Positions 1-8,772 of a stretch of DNA of 64,000 nucleotides are shown in pieces. The notes under the pieces were generated by a model. The model was not told where the DNA came from, did no database searches, and was given only the letters and a program-made list of their open reading frames with translations. Source of the stretch: an uncultured Verrucomicrobiota bacterium (GTDB lineage: Bacteria; Verrucomicrobiota; Verrucomicrobiia; Limisphaerales; CAZIFU01); NCBI GenBank assembly GCA_964539075.1, contig CAZIFU010000057.1:22153-86152 (forward strand). Direction: 5' to 3'. The translations under genes were made by a program, and so were the position numbers. How positions within the stretch are numbered: position 1 is the first letter of the stretch; every line of letters starts with the position of its first letter.

Positions 1-592
1 GGGACTTCTCCGCCGTCAGAATGGCCCGCATCGCCGCCAGGTCCTCCGCGATGGACTGGCTGATGATGAGATAATCGAAGTTTCTCCATTGCGCAATCTC
101 CTGCCGCGCCACACTCATCCGCTTCTGGATCGCCGCCGGGGAATCCAGCCCGCGTTTCTTCAGCCGCTTCTCCAGCACCGCCAGCGACGGCGGTGTCAGA
201 AAGACCGTCACCAGCGCCGCCTTCAATCCAGCCTCCTGCTCCGCCTGCGCGCGAATGGCGGCGGCGCCCTGCACGTCAATGGTCAGCAGCACGTCTTTGT
301 TCTGGCGCAGCTTGCCGAGCACTTCGGATTTGAGCGTCCCGTAGCTGTTGCCATAGACCGTGGCGTGTTCGAGGAAATTGCCCGCCTGCACCCGCTTGAG
401 AAACGTGGTCGCGTCCAGAAAATAATAATCCACCCCGTCGCGTTCCCCCTCACGCGGCGCGCGCGTCGTGCAGGTGATGGCGCGCGCCATATCGGGGCAG
501 GCGGCCAGCAACTGGTGGCACAGCGTGGTCTTGCCGCCGCCCGACGGGGCGGTGAGCACAATCAACAGCGGATGCTCCAAAGGGTCACCCAT
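1..592 (-). CDS. gmk: Guanylate kinase (C-terminal few residues run off the left window edge)
   Basis: My translation from ATG at 592: MGDPLEHPLLIVLTAPSGGGKTTLCHQLL...ITCTTRAPREGERDGVDYYFL...YGNSYGT. P-loop and GMP-binding motifs present. Not in the ORF track because it has no stop in the window. Lies 2 nt downstream of yicC. Confidence 0.9.
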   Translation of the reverse strand, partial: MGDPLEHPLLIVLTAPSGGGKTTLCHQLLAACPDMARAITCTTRAPREGERDGVDYYFLDATTFLKRVQAGNFLEHATVYGNSYGTLKSEVLGKLRQNKDVLLTIDVQGAAAIRAQAEQEAGLKAALVTVFLTPPSLAVLEKRLKKRGLDSPAAIQKRMSVARQEIAQWRNFDYLIISQSIAEDLAAMRAILTAEKS

Positions 593-594
593 GG

Positions 595-1476
595 TTACTC
601 GACGTTCTGCGCCTGCTCGCGAAATTTTTCCAGCTCGGTTTTGAGCGTCACGACTTCGCGCGCAATCAGGCTGTCGTTGGCCTTGGCGCCGACGGTGTTG
701 ATCTCGCGGTTCATTTCCTGCGCCAGGAAATCCAGCGTGCGGCCCACCGGCTCGCCCGACTGCGCGCAGTCCTCGAACTGCTGGAAATGGCTTTGCAGCC
801 GGGCCAGTTCCTCGGAAATGTCCGAACGATCGGCGAACAGGACCACTTCCTTGAGCAACCGTTCGTCGTGCAAGTCGAGCGCTTCAAGACCGGCGGTTTT
901 GATCCGTTGAAAAAGTTGCTCGCGATAGCGCGCCTGCACCAGCGGCGCCTGTTTCTGCACGCTGGCGGCGGCTTTGCGCATCATCCGGATGCGGGCGGCC
1001 AGGTCCTTCGCCAGATGGTCCCCTTCCCGCTCGCGCATTTTGACCAGGGTGTTGAGCGCCTGCTGCAGCGCCTTGTCCACCGACGGCCAGAAATCTTCCG
1101 CGTCGCCCGTGTCTTCGTCGGTTTGCAGCACGCCGGGAGAGCGGGCCAGCAAGTCGAGCGAGAGGGCGCCCGTCAGTTTGAGTTCTTTCGCCAGCTTGCC
1201 CAGCTCGCGCGCATAAGCCCGGGCCAGCGACCGGTTCAAGCGCACCCGCCCCGCCAGGCGGTCCTCGCCGGCGTGCAACGTCACCCGCACCGTCACGCGC
1301 CCGCGCGAGACTCGCCGGTGAATGGCTTCGCGGATTTGCGCTTCGAGCACGTCGAGGTCCGGCGGCAGATTCACCGCGATCTCGCCTTGCTTGCGGTTGA
1401 CGGAACTGACCTCGACCGTGATTTTGAAGCCAGCCTGGGCGCATTCGCCGCGCCCGTAGCCCGTCATTGATTTCAT
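595..1476 (-). CDS. yicC: YicC-family stress-induced protein / endoribonuclease
   Basis: ORF 595..1506. Family-typical N-terminus MKSMTGYGRG begins at the internal ATG 1476. C-terminal DFLAQEMNREINTVGAKAN motif. Conserved yicC-gmk adjacency. Confidence 0.85.
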   Translation of the reverse strand: MKSMTGYGRGECAQAGFKITVEVSSVNRKQGEIAVNLPPDLDVLEAQIREAIHRRVSRGRVTVRVTLHAGEDRLAGRVRLNRSLARAYARELGKLAKELKLTGALSLDLLARSPGVLQTDEDTGDAEDFWPSVDKALQQALNTLVKMREREGDHLAKDLAARIRMMRKAAASVQKQAPLVQARYREQLFQRIKTAGLEALDLHDERLLKEVVLFADRSDISEELARLQSHFQQFEDCAQSGEPVGRTLDFLAQEMNREINTVGAKANDSLIAREVVTLKTELEKFREQAQNVE

Positions 1477-1616
1477 TCGTGGAAGGAATATGCGGAAAGC
1501 CGCCACGGCAGGCGAACTAAATTTTCCTGGATCGCCGCAGAAATGAAGGCGGAGCGTGCAGCGGCAACGGTCAATGGTTCGGAGTTCCCGCTGCAGCCGT
1601 AACTATACGATTGAAG

Positions 1617-1942
1617 TTGCCCCTCTCCCCAACCCTGCCCATGAACCGTTCGTACCACCGCATGGTCTTGGAGTGCGCCAGTCCTCTGGCGCTTTGGAAG
1701 TCGTGGGTTGTCGAAAGCGCCAGAGGACTGGCGCAGTCCAAGACGCTGACGCGATTAAGTTCGGTTTTCGCCGGTTCAGGGGCGCAAATCGCGAACTTTG
1801 GTCCGTGGACTCTCTCCCCGTCGGACGGGGAGAGGGAGAAGCCCTCCGAGATCTGTTGTTGGTCACCAAACGGCGACTGTCCGCGATTCGTGGGGAATAT
1901 TTCCCTCTCCCCATCCGATGGGGAGAGGGACAGGGAGAGGGG
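1617..1942. repeat. Composite palindromic MITE-like element, copy 1 (core 1638-1810, long hairpin 1665-1744, GGGGAGAGGG-type hairpins 1811-1836 and 1903-1942)
   Basis: About 170-nt core nearly identical to 5947-6118. 31-nt arms 1665-1695/1714-1744 around an 18-nt loop. Right end is the same hairpin type as 6119-6162. Left terminal repeat is degenerate. Confidence 0.85.
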
Positions 1943-2072
1943 CCGGTTCAACTGCCTAGTTACGGCTTCAGCCTGGTTGCGTCGGGTAGCAGCCTGAAGG
2001 TTGGAGTTCAGGCTTTAGCCTGTCTGGGAGGTGCGCAGCCCCGCCATCGCGGGACTGAAATCCAAACAGATT

Positions 2073-3455
2073 TTAAGAAAGCCCCGGCAACTTGCCGGTG
2101 CTGTCGCCCACGCGCTCGGCGGCGACGCCCATCCGCTCCAGCATCGAGAGGTAAAGATTGGTCATTGGCAACCGGTCGTTCAGCTTCAGGTGGCGCCCGG
2201 GCTTGATCGTGCCCCCGCCCCGGCCCGCCAGCAAAATGGGCAGTTCATCATGGCGATGCCGGTTGCCGTCGCTGATGCCACCACCGTAAACAATCATGCA
2301 ATGATCCAGCAACGTGCCCCCGCCTTCCGGCGTGGCTTTCAGTTTTTTCAGGAAATAGGCGAATTGCTCCACGTGAAAACGGTTGATCTTCGCGATCTTT
2401 TCCTTCTTCTCCGGGTCGTTGCCGTGATGGGAAAGATTGTGGTGGCCGTCGGGCACGCCCAACTCCGGATAACTGCGGTTGCTGCCGTCGTGCGCCATCA
2501 AAAAAGTCGCGATGCGCGTGGTGTCGGTCTGGAACCCCAGCGCCATCAGGTCATACATCAGGCGGACGTGCTGCGCGAACTCCGCCGGAACACCCGTGGG
2601 CTTGTCGAAGTCCGGCAGGGTCGCGGCGAACTTCTCGGCCTGCTCGATGCGCTGCTCCATCTCGCGGATGGCGGCGAGGTACTCGTCAAGCTTGCGGCGG
2701 TCGGTGGCGCCAAGACTGGCCTTCAAGCGATTGGCGTCTTCGAGCGCAAAATCCAGGATGCTCTTCTGATAACGCTCGCGGTGCGACTGGCTTTCCTCGG
2801 CTTCGCTCTTGTTGCCGTTGCCAAAGAGCCGCTCGAACACCTGACGCGGGTCTGTTTCCGGCGGCATGGGCGTCGAGGCCGTCTTCCAGGAAAAGTTGAA
2901 CTGGTAGGCGCAACTGTAACCGGAATCGCACGAGCCGGTCTGACGCCCGCGGTCGCAACTCAATTCCAGCGACGGCAGCCGCGTCCGCCTACCGGCCACT
3001 GCGGCGGCGATCTGGTCCACGGAGACGCCGATGCGGATGTCTGCGCCGGCGGTTTTGCGCGCCTGGCAGCCGGTGAGGAATGTGGCGTTCGCGCGGGCAT
3101 GATCGCCGGCGCCGTCGCCGTTGGACCGGGCCTTGTCGTGGGCCAGGCCGCTGATGACCATGAAATCTTTTTGCACCGGCTTGAGCGGCTCCAGAGTGGC
3201 GGGCAATTGGAATTTGGCCCCGACGGCCTCGGGGGTCCAATGCTCCATGATGACGCCATTGGGGATATAGACAAACGCCATGCGATTGGGGAACGCCTTG
3301 GCGGCAGCACCGGCGCCGGCAGCCAGCGCCTTGAGCGACGGGACCATCGCGTCGAGCATGGGCAGGGCGATGGTGGTGCCGAGTCCCCGCAAAAAGGTCC
3401 GGCGCGGTATTTGCCAGGTTTTGTGCATATTCCGTTTAATAGACGCTCGACCCAA
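2073..3455 (-). CDS. DUF1552-like protein with TAT-type signal (PVC-group family)
   Basis: ORF 460 aa. N-terminus RRTFLRGLGTTIALPMLDAM, then FVYIPNGVIMEHWTPE and GDHARANATFLTG. The family assignment is from memory of DUF1552 consensus, not a search. Confidence 0.7.
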   Translation of the reverse strand: MGRASIKRNMHKTWQIPRRTFLRGLGTTIALPMLDAMVPSLKALAAGAGAAAKAFPNRMAFVYIPNGVIMEHWTPEAVGAKFQLPATLEPLKPVQKDFMVISGLAHDKARSNGDGAGDHARANATFLTGCQARKTAGADIRIGVSVDQIAAAVAGRRTRLPSLELSCDRGRQTGSCDSGYSCAYQFNFSWKTASTPMPPETDPRQVFERLFGNGNKSEAEESQSHRERYQKSILDFALEDANRLKASLGATDRRKLDEYLAAIREMEQRIEQAEKFAATLPDFDKPTGVPAEFAQHVRLMYDLMALGFQTDTTRIATFLMAHDGSNRSYPELGVPDGHHNLSHHGNDPEKKEKIAKINRFHVEQFAYFLKKLKATPEGGGTLLDHCMIVYGGGISDGNRHRHDELPILLAGRGGGTIKPGRHLKLNDRLPMTNLYLSMLERMGVAAERVGDSTGKLPGLS

Positions 3456-3629
3456 TGCGCATCTTCAACGAAAGACGGTGATTACGCCTGCAAGGTAACA
3501 ATCGGCGGGGAGAAAGCAACCGCGAAGTCAGAACGCCTGGGGCGTAGAAAGTTTAACTGGCGAGGACACCCCGGCTTCATACCCTTGAAAGTTTTCACAC
3601 AGGCTCGCGCGGTGTTACGCGGCGACGGT

Positions 3630-4100
3630 TCAATTCCGTCGCGGAATAGCGATTGTAACCACATAATCGGCTGAACCGTTCGGCGAGTCACAAAGGTAGA
3701 GGTCGAAACCGTCTGCCGTTCGTTCGAGCGCGGTTATATCACGCCCTTTGCGTTTCACGATCCACGCTCTGGTCAAATCCAATCGGCCGCTGAAATCGCG
3801 CCAGACGGAAGGTGTGCGGTCCAAGTTGGTCCAAGGTTCGCCGTCAAAGGTGACATCCGTCGGTGGCGACCATTTCTTGTGTTCATAACGCACAGTGCGG
3901 CTGGTGAAAATGATCCGTCCGCTTCCATCTACCTTGGCAGTTATGCGAAGCAATTTCAGATATGCATCGGATGAATCTTCGGATGTCGTTGCGATTTTGC
4001 CTATGTTCGACTTGGTAGCCGCATCAGTTTTCTTAGAGGTGATGCAGCCACACAAGCTGAAACAAACTACCAAGACCAAACCGAGTTTTAGTATTTTCAT
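3630..4100 (-). CDS. Hypothetical lipoprotein
   Basis: ORF 3630..4139. Internal start MKILKLGLVLVVCFSLCGC gives a signal peptide plus lipobox Cys. Locally lower GC than the flanks. No recognisable family. Confidence 0.6.
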   Translation of the reverse strand: MKILKLGLVLVVCFSLCGCITSKKTDAATKSNIGKIATTSEDSSDAYLKLLRITAKVDGSGRIIFTSRTVRYEHKKWSPPTDVTFDGEPWTNLDRTPSVWRDFSGRLDLTRAWIVKRKGRDITALERTADGFDLYLCDSPNGSADYVVTIAIPRRN

Positions 4101-4289
4101 GGCATATCCTTTCCATTTGCGTTTTTGATTTTTGGGCATGTGATAGTCATCAGGCGCTGCCGGCTAACGGACGAAAGTTAGGCCACTCAGTTCTGTGGCC
4201 CTAATAGTTTACTTCTTTTGCGGTGGGAGCAGTCTATGCCCCTGTGGCTGTCGAGCAAGCGTTGTTTTGGGCAGGAATGAGGCCGCCAG

Positions 4290-4447
4290 CCCCGTCAGGG
4301 GCAAAATGTTTATAGTGCCACCGTCAACCATCCTCCCCAGCTCCGTCAGGAGCGGCATGGACACGCCAGAACCTGTGATGCCGCCCCGCTGGGGCTTGGG
4401 TTTTTTCGTCCGCGCGACTCTATAAATATGCCGCTCCTGACGGAGCT
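4290..4447. repeat. Nested inverted repeat (perfect 20-bp arms 4339-4358 / 4428-4447; outer arm 4290-4315)
   Basis: agctccgtcaggagcggcat and its exact reverse complement atgccgctcctgacggagct. Outer ccccgtcaggggcaaaatgtttatag pairs imperfectly with ctataaatatgccgctcctgacggagc. Confidence 0.8.
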
Positions 4448-4543
4448 TAAAACCCGCAGGCGACCGGGCGTGCCAATCCTCACATTCACCAAAGCCGAAT
4501 TTTGAAAACCGGATCCAGCACGTCAAATCTCCAGGAGCGCGTG

Positions 4544-4685
4544 TTCTTCCTCTCCCCACGACGCAGGAGTGGGGAGAGGATCGAGGAGAGGGGCCAGCCC
4601 CAAATACAAACGCGCCTCCTCTCCCCGCCCCTCTCCTCCATCCGATGGAGGAGAGGGAGTGTCTCTGGTTGCGGCTTGGCCGCGT
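4544..4685. repeat. About 140-bp double-hairpin repeat, copy 1
   Basis: Aligns along its length with 15095-15223. Hairpins ctctcccca..tggggagag and cctctcctccat..atggaggagagg. Confidence 0.85.
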
Positions 4686-4727
4686 TAAGCCTTTGCCCCT
4701 CGGCTTCCTGGCGTTGAAGGTCGTAGT

Positions 4728-4751
4728 GGGACTGCGTAGCTCGTCCCTCCG
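4728..4751. repeat. Solo arm of the GGGACTCGCGTAGCTCGTCCCTCC hairpin family
   Basis: gggactgcgtagctcgtccctccg matches the right arms at 39568-39593 and 41778-41801. No partner arm seen nearby. Confidence 0.6.
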
Positions 4752-4831
4752 AATTCAAGCAGTTTCCCGTTCAAAATGCCTGTTGACTTGTGCGGCTTGT
4801 TTGCTAGTTTCACCCCTCCTTAATTCAGGAT

Positions 4832-5269
4832 TTGATGAAAACATTTTTACCGAAAATCAAACTGGACGAGCGCAAATGGCATGTGATTGATGCCGACGGC
4901 GCCATCCTCGGCCGCCTTGCCGTGCAGATCGCCGATATTTTGCGTGGTAAAAACAAGCCGGTCTTCACGCCGCACCTGGACGCCGGTGATTTCGTGGTGG
5001 TGGTCAACGCCGAAAAAGTGGTGCTCACCGGCAAAAAGGAAACTGAAAAGCTGTTGATGACCTATTCGGGCTGGAAAGGCGGCGAGAAATTCACCTCCGT
5101 CGCCCAGATTCGCGCGAAGCACCCGGAAAAACTCATCTCCCACGCCGTGCACGGCATGGTGCCCAAAAACCGCCTGGGCCGCGTGCTGTTGACCAAACTG
5201 AAAGTTTACAAAGGCCCGGACCATCCGCACGCCGCGCAACAGCCTGCCGTCCTCAAGGCCGAGAACTGA
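4832..5269 (+). CDS. rplM: 50S ribosomal protein L13
   Basis: ORF 145 aa: KWHVIDADGAILGRLAVQIADILRGKNKPVFTPHLDAGDFVVVVNAEK. Followed by rpsI. Confidence 0.95.
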   Translation: MMKTFLPKIKLDERKWHVIDADGAILGRLAVQIADILRGKNKPVFTPHLDAGDFVVVVNAEKVVLTGKKETEKLLMTYSGWKGGEKFTSVAQIRAKHPEKLISHAVHGMVPKNRLGRVLLTKLKVYKGPDHPHAAQQPAVLKAEN

Positions 5270-5327
5270 CCAGTTTTAACGATTTAACGATTCAACTCAT
5301 TTAACGCCTCATCTCTCAACCCGTCAC

Positions 5328-5729
5328 ATGGCAGAACCCAAAGCTCCCGAATTCCTCGGCACCGGCCGGCGCAAAACCGCCGTCGCCCGCGTGCGGCTCG
5401 CGCCGGGCAACGGCAAAATCACGGTCAACGGCCGCGCGTTCGAACATTATTTCGTCACCGAAACGCTCCGGGGCGTTGTCACCCAGCCGCTGGCGCTCAC
5501 CGAGACGGCGGCCCGGTTCGACGTGCGGGTGAATGTCGAAGGCGGCGGTCCCTCCGGCCAGGCCGGCGCGGTGCGGCACGGCATCTCGCGCGCGCTGCTC
5601 AAGGTGGACGCGAACCTGCGGCCCGCCCTCAAGGCGCAAGGGTTGTTGACCCGCGACCCGCGCATGAGGGAGCGCAAGAAATACGGCCAGCCGGGCGCCC
5701 GGAAACGTTTCCAGTACAGCAAGCGTTGA
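5328..5729 (+). CDS. rpsI: 30S ribosomal protein S9
   Basis: ORF 133 aa: [14 protein letters not shown]...[19 protein letters not shown]...[20 protein letters not shown]. Confidence 0.95.
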   Translation: MAEPKAPEFLGTGRRKTAVARVRLAPGNGKITVNGRAFEHYFVTETLRGVVTQPLALTETAARFDVRVNVEGGGPSGQAGAVRHGISRALLKVDANLRPALKAQGLLTRDPRMRERKKYGQPGARKRFQYSKR

Positions 5730-5746
5730 TCGAGTCCAGTTTTCAC

Positions 5747-5782
5747 GCCCCGCTGGCTCCGACCGGCGGGGCTTTTTGTTTT
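5747..5782 (+). terminator. Candidate rho-independent terminator after rpsI
   Basis: gccccgc (5747-5753) / gcggggc (5766-5772) stem followed by tttttgtttt, 18 nt after the rpsI stop. Confidence 0.6.
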
Positions 5783-5848
5783 GGAACAGGCCGTTTCTCG
5801 AATCCGACTTTTGGTTTGGTCAATGCAAAATGAAACACGCAACATCAA

Positions 5849-6162
5849 CCCCTCACCCTGACCCTCTCCCCATCGGATGGGGAGAGGGAAGGCGCGCGGC
5901 CCTTGAGCCTCAGGCTTGCGCGTGCGGCCTGCGCGGAGATTCCCTACCCATGAAACGTTCGTACCACCGCAAGGTCTTGGAGTGCGCCAGTCCTCTGGCG
6001 CTTTCGACAACCCACGACTTCCAAAGCGCCAGAGGACTGGCGCAGTCCAAGACGCTGACGCGATTAAGTTCGGTTTTCGCCGGTTCAGGGGCGCAAACCG
6101 CGAACTTTGGTTCGTGGACCCTCTCCCCTCATCCGATGAGGGGAGAGGGTCAGGGTGAGGGG
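5849..6162. mobile_element. 314-bp MITE-like non-autonomous element, copy 2, with perfect 23-bp terminal inverted repeats
   Basis: Left end cccctcaccctgaccctctcccc (5849-5871) is the exact reverse complement of the right end ggggagagggtcagggtgagggg (6140-6162). Each end is also a local hairpin. Core 5947-6118 matches 1638-1810. No coding capacity. Confidence 0.8.
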
Positions 6163-6263
6163 TGTTTCCGCGCAGTCCATCGCTTAACGACATGACAGCA
6201 CCCGAAATCCAGGTCGAGGATTTGAATTGTCTTTTCCTGGTTTCTTGAGTTCCTAATTGAACC

Positions 6264-7331
6264 ATGCAATCGCAACCCGTCAACGTGGCCATCGTCGGCG
6301 CTTCCGGCTATTCCGGCGAAGAACTGGTGCGCCTGCTCCTGGCGCATCCGCACGCGCAACTGGCCGCCGTCACCTCGCGCCAATTCGCCGGCCAGATGCT
6401 CGCGCAGGTGTTCCCCAAATTCGCCCACCAGCCGCGCGCCAAAACGCTGCGCTTCAGCGAACCGAACGCCGAACTGCTCGCGCGCCAGGCGCAGGCCGTT
6501 TTCCTGGCGTTGCCGCACGGTGTGGCCGCGGAGTTCGCCGTGCCCCTGCTCCAACTGGGCTGCCAGGTCATTGATTTGAGCGCTGATTTCCGGCTCAAAA
6601 GCGCCGCCACCTACAAGGAGTTCTACGCGCACGATCATCCCGCGCCGGAACTGCTGGCGAAATCCGTTTATGGTTTGCCGGAAATTTACCGCGCGGAAAT
6701 CCGAAAGGCGTCGCTGGTCGCGTCGCCCGGCTGTTATCCCACGAGCATTTTGCTGCCGGTCCTCCCCTTGTTGCGCGCGGGCCTGGTCAAGCCCAGTGGG
6801 ATCATCGCCGATTCGCTCAGCGGCATCAGCGGCGCGGGCCGGAAGGTCGAGGCCGACTTTCTCTTCGTGGAATGCAATGAAAGCGTCCGGCCTTACGGCG
6901 TGCCACGGCACCGGCATTTGTCGGAGATCGAACAGGAACTTTCCCTCGCAACCAAGATACCCGTGACGATCCAATTCACGCCGCACCTCATCCCGATCAA
7001 CCGCGGCATCCTCACCACGCTGTACCTCGCGCCGGCCAACCATTTCGAAAACGCCAAAGAAATGGAGGACTTGAACGAAAAAATCGCTGCCTGCTACCAG
7101 TCCGCTTACGGCCAGGAACCGTTCATCCGCCTGCTCGAAGGCAAGTCGCTCCCCGACACCAAGAACGTCGCCGGCACCAACGTCCTCGAAATCGCGTGGC
7201 GCCTGGATCCGCGCACCGGCCGGCTCGTTGTCCTGAGCGCGCTGGACAACCTCGTCAAAGGCGCCAGCGGCCAGGCCGTGCAGAGCCTGAATATCTTATG
7301 CGGGTTTCCGGAGACGGCGGGGCTGATTTGA
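6264..7331 (+). CDS. argC: N-acetyl-gamma-glutamyl-phosphate reductase
   Basis: ORF 355 aa: VAIVGASGYSGEELVRLL, SPGCYPTS active-site Cys region, LDNLVKGASGQAVQ. Confidence 0.93.
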   Translation: MQSQPVNVAIVGASGYSGEELVRLLLAHPHAQLAAVTSRQFAGQMLAQVFPKFAHQPRAKTLRFSEPNAELLARQAQAVFLALPHGVAAEFAVPLLQLGCQVIDLSADFRLKSAATYKEFYAHDHPAPELLAKSVYGLPEIYRAEIRKASLVASPGCYPTSILLPVLPLLRAGLVKPSGIIADSLSGISGAGRKVEADFLFVECNESVRPYGVPRHRHLSEIEQELSLATKIPVTIQFTPHLIPINRGILTTLYLAPANHFENAKEMEDLNEKIAACYQSAYGQEPFIRLLEGKSLPDTKNVAGTNVLEIAWRLDPRTGRLVVLSALDNLVKGASGQAVQSLNILCGFPETAGLI

Positions 7332-7371
7332 TTTCGCGTCCGTTCGAGTGCTCCTCGTTCAGGCAATTTTC

Positions 7372-8772
7372 ATGAAAGCAAAGCTCAAGTTGATTGAAGG
7401 CTCCATCGTTGCGCCGCAGGGCTTCCTTGCCGCGGGCGTATTTTGCGACATCAAACGGCTCGGCACCGGCAAAGGCTCGCAAAAAGGCAAAAAGCGCGAC
7501 CTCGCGCTCATCGTCTCCCAAGCCCCGTGCAGCGTGGCGGGAATGTTTACGACCAACCAGGTCTGCGCCGCACCGGTCAAAGTCTGCCTCGAACGCGTTA
7601 AAGGTGGCACTGCCCAGGCCATCGTCGTCAACTCCGGCAACGCCAACGCCTGCACCGGCAAGCAGGGTCTCGAGGACGCCTGCGCGATGACCGTAATGGC
7701 CGCCAAGGCCGTGGCTGCGAACGTGAGTTCGCGGCTGATTTCCTCCCCGGCTGTAAAAAGTCATCCGCGTTCTCACGAACGCAGCCACGGAATGCTCAAC
7801 GAACACGTTTTTGTCGGTTCCACCGGACGCATCGGGGTCACCCTCCCGATGGCCAATGTGCGCCGGGGCATCGAAGCTGCCGCGAAGTTGTTGGGCTGTT
7901 CGCCCACGAACGCCGACCACGCTGCTGAAGCCATCATGACCAGCGACACGCGGCCCAAGCAGATCGCAGTCGAATTCAAGCTGGGCGGCAAGACGGTCCG
8001 TATCGGCGGCATCTGCAAAGGCGCCGGCATGATTCAGCCCGGCATGAGCGCCAGCGGCGCGCGCCCCGCCGCCATGCCGTTGCACGCCACGATGCTCTGC
8101 TTCCTCACCACCGACGCCGCGATTGAGTCGAACACCTTGCAGGCCGCGTTGCGCGAAGCCGTCGCACAAAGCTTTAACCGCCTCACCGTGGACGGCGACA
8201 TGAGCACCAACGATACCGTGCTGGTGCTGGCGAACGGCCTCGCCGGCAATTCCAGACTAAAAACTCAAAACTCAAAACTAAAAAAATTTCAGCTCGCCCT
8301 CACCCACGTCTGCCTCGAACTCGCGCAGATGATCGTCCGCGACGGCGAGGGCGTCTCGCGCTTCGTCACCGTCCGCGTCACCGGCGCACGCACGCCCGGC
8401 GAAGCCGACGCCGCCGCGCGCGCGGTGGCGAACAGTTCGCTGGTGAAAACCAGTTGGTGCGGTGGCGACCCGAACTGGGGCCGCATCATCGCCGCGCTCG
8501 GCTACTCGTCCGCAAAAGTCATCGAGGAGAAAGTGGGCATCGCCTACAGCGCACCCGGCAGCCGAAAGCGGTACTATTCGCTCCAGCGCGGCCAGCCGGC
8601 CCGCGTGCCTTTCCAGGCTCTTTGCCGGGCCGTCGCGCGGAGGGAATTCGACTTGCACATCAACTTGAATCTGGGCAAAGCAAGCGCGGTGATTTACTCC
8701 TGCGACCTGACGGAAGATTACGTGGACTTCAACAAAGGCGACGTGACCGACCCGGCGAACCTTGGCGGATGA
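7372..8772 (+). CDS. argJ: Bifunctional glutamate N-acetyltransferase / amino-acid acetyltransferase
   Basis: ORF 7348..8772, likely start MKAKLKLIEGS at 7372. Autoprocessing site HATMLCFLTTDA. IVRDGEGVSRF motif. Carries two atypical segments (see findings). Confidence 0.92.
   Translation: MKAKLKLIEGSIVAPQGFLAAGVFCDIKRLGTGKGSQKGKKRDLALIVSQAPCSVAGMFTTNQVCAAPVKVCLERVKGGTAQAIVVNSGNANACTGKQGLEDACAMTVMAAKAVAANVSSRLISSPAVKSHPRSHERSHGMLNEHVFVGSTGRIGVTLPMANVRRGIEAAAKLLGCSPTNADHAAEAIMTSDTRPKQIAVEFKLGGKTVRIGGICKGAGMIQPGMSASGARPAAMPLHATMLCFLTTDAAIESNTLQAALREAVAQSFNRLTVDGDMSTNDTVLVLANGLAGNSRLKTQNSKLKKFQLALTHVCLELAQMIVRDGEGVSRFVTVRVTGARTPGEADAAARAVANSSLVKTSWCGGDPNWGRIIAALGYSSAKVIEEKVGIAYSAPGSRKRYYSLQRGQPARVPFQALCRAVARREFDLHINLNLGKASAVIYSCDLTEDYVDFNKGDVTDPANLGG
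7714..7785. repeat. Twin mini-hairpin element inside argJ (hairpins 7717-7732 and 7767-7782)
   Basis: gcgaac-GTGA-gttcgc on the + strand and gcgttc-GTGA-gaacgc on the - strand, about 34 nt apart. Encodes NVSSRLISSPAVKSHPRSHERSH. Confidence 0.6.

Noticed and set aside
1556-2206. Several overlapping 100-216-aa ORFs on both strands
   Set aside because: They simply translate the palindromic repeat region (SPSDGER, SPLAL, RQRTGAVQDA strings recur wherever the repeats occur). The same applies to 5447..6292 and 5776..6195.
2031-3674. 547-aa + strand ORF
   Set aside because: Antisense shadow of the DUF1552 gene. Arg/Ala/Gly/His-rich low-complexity translation with no motifs. Typical of GC-rich DNA.
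1600-6200. Possible CRISPR array, given the many short palindromic repeats
   Set aside because: The repeats belong to different families, are not regularly spaced, are not separated by unique spacers of constant length, and no cas genes are present.
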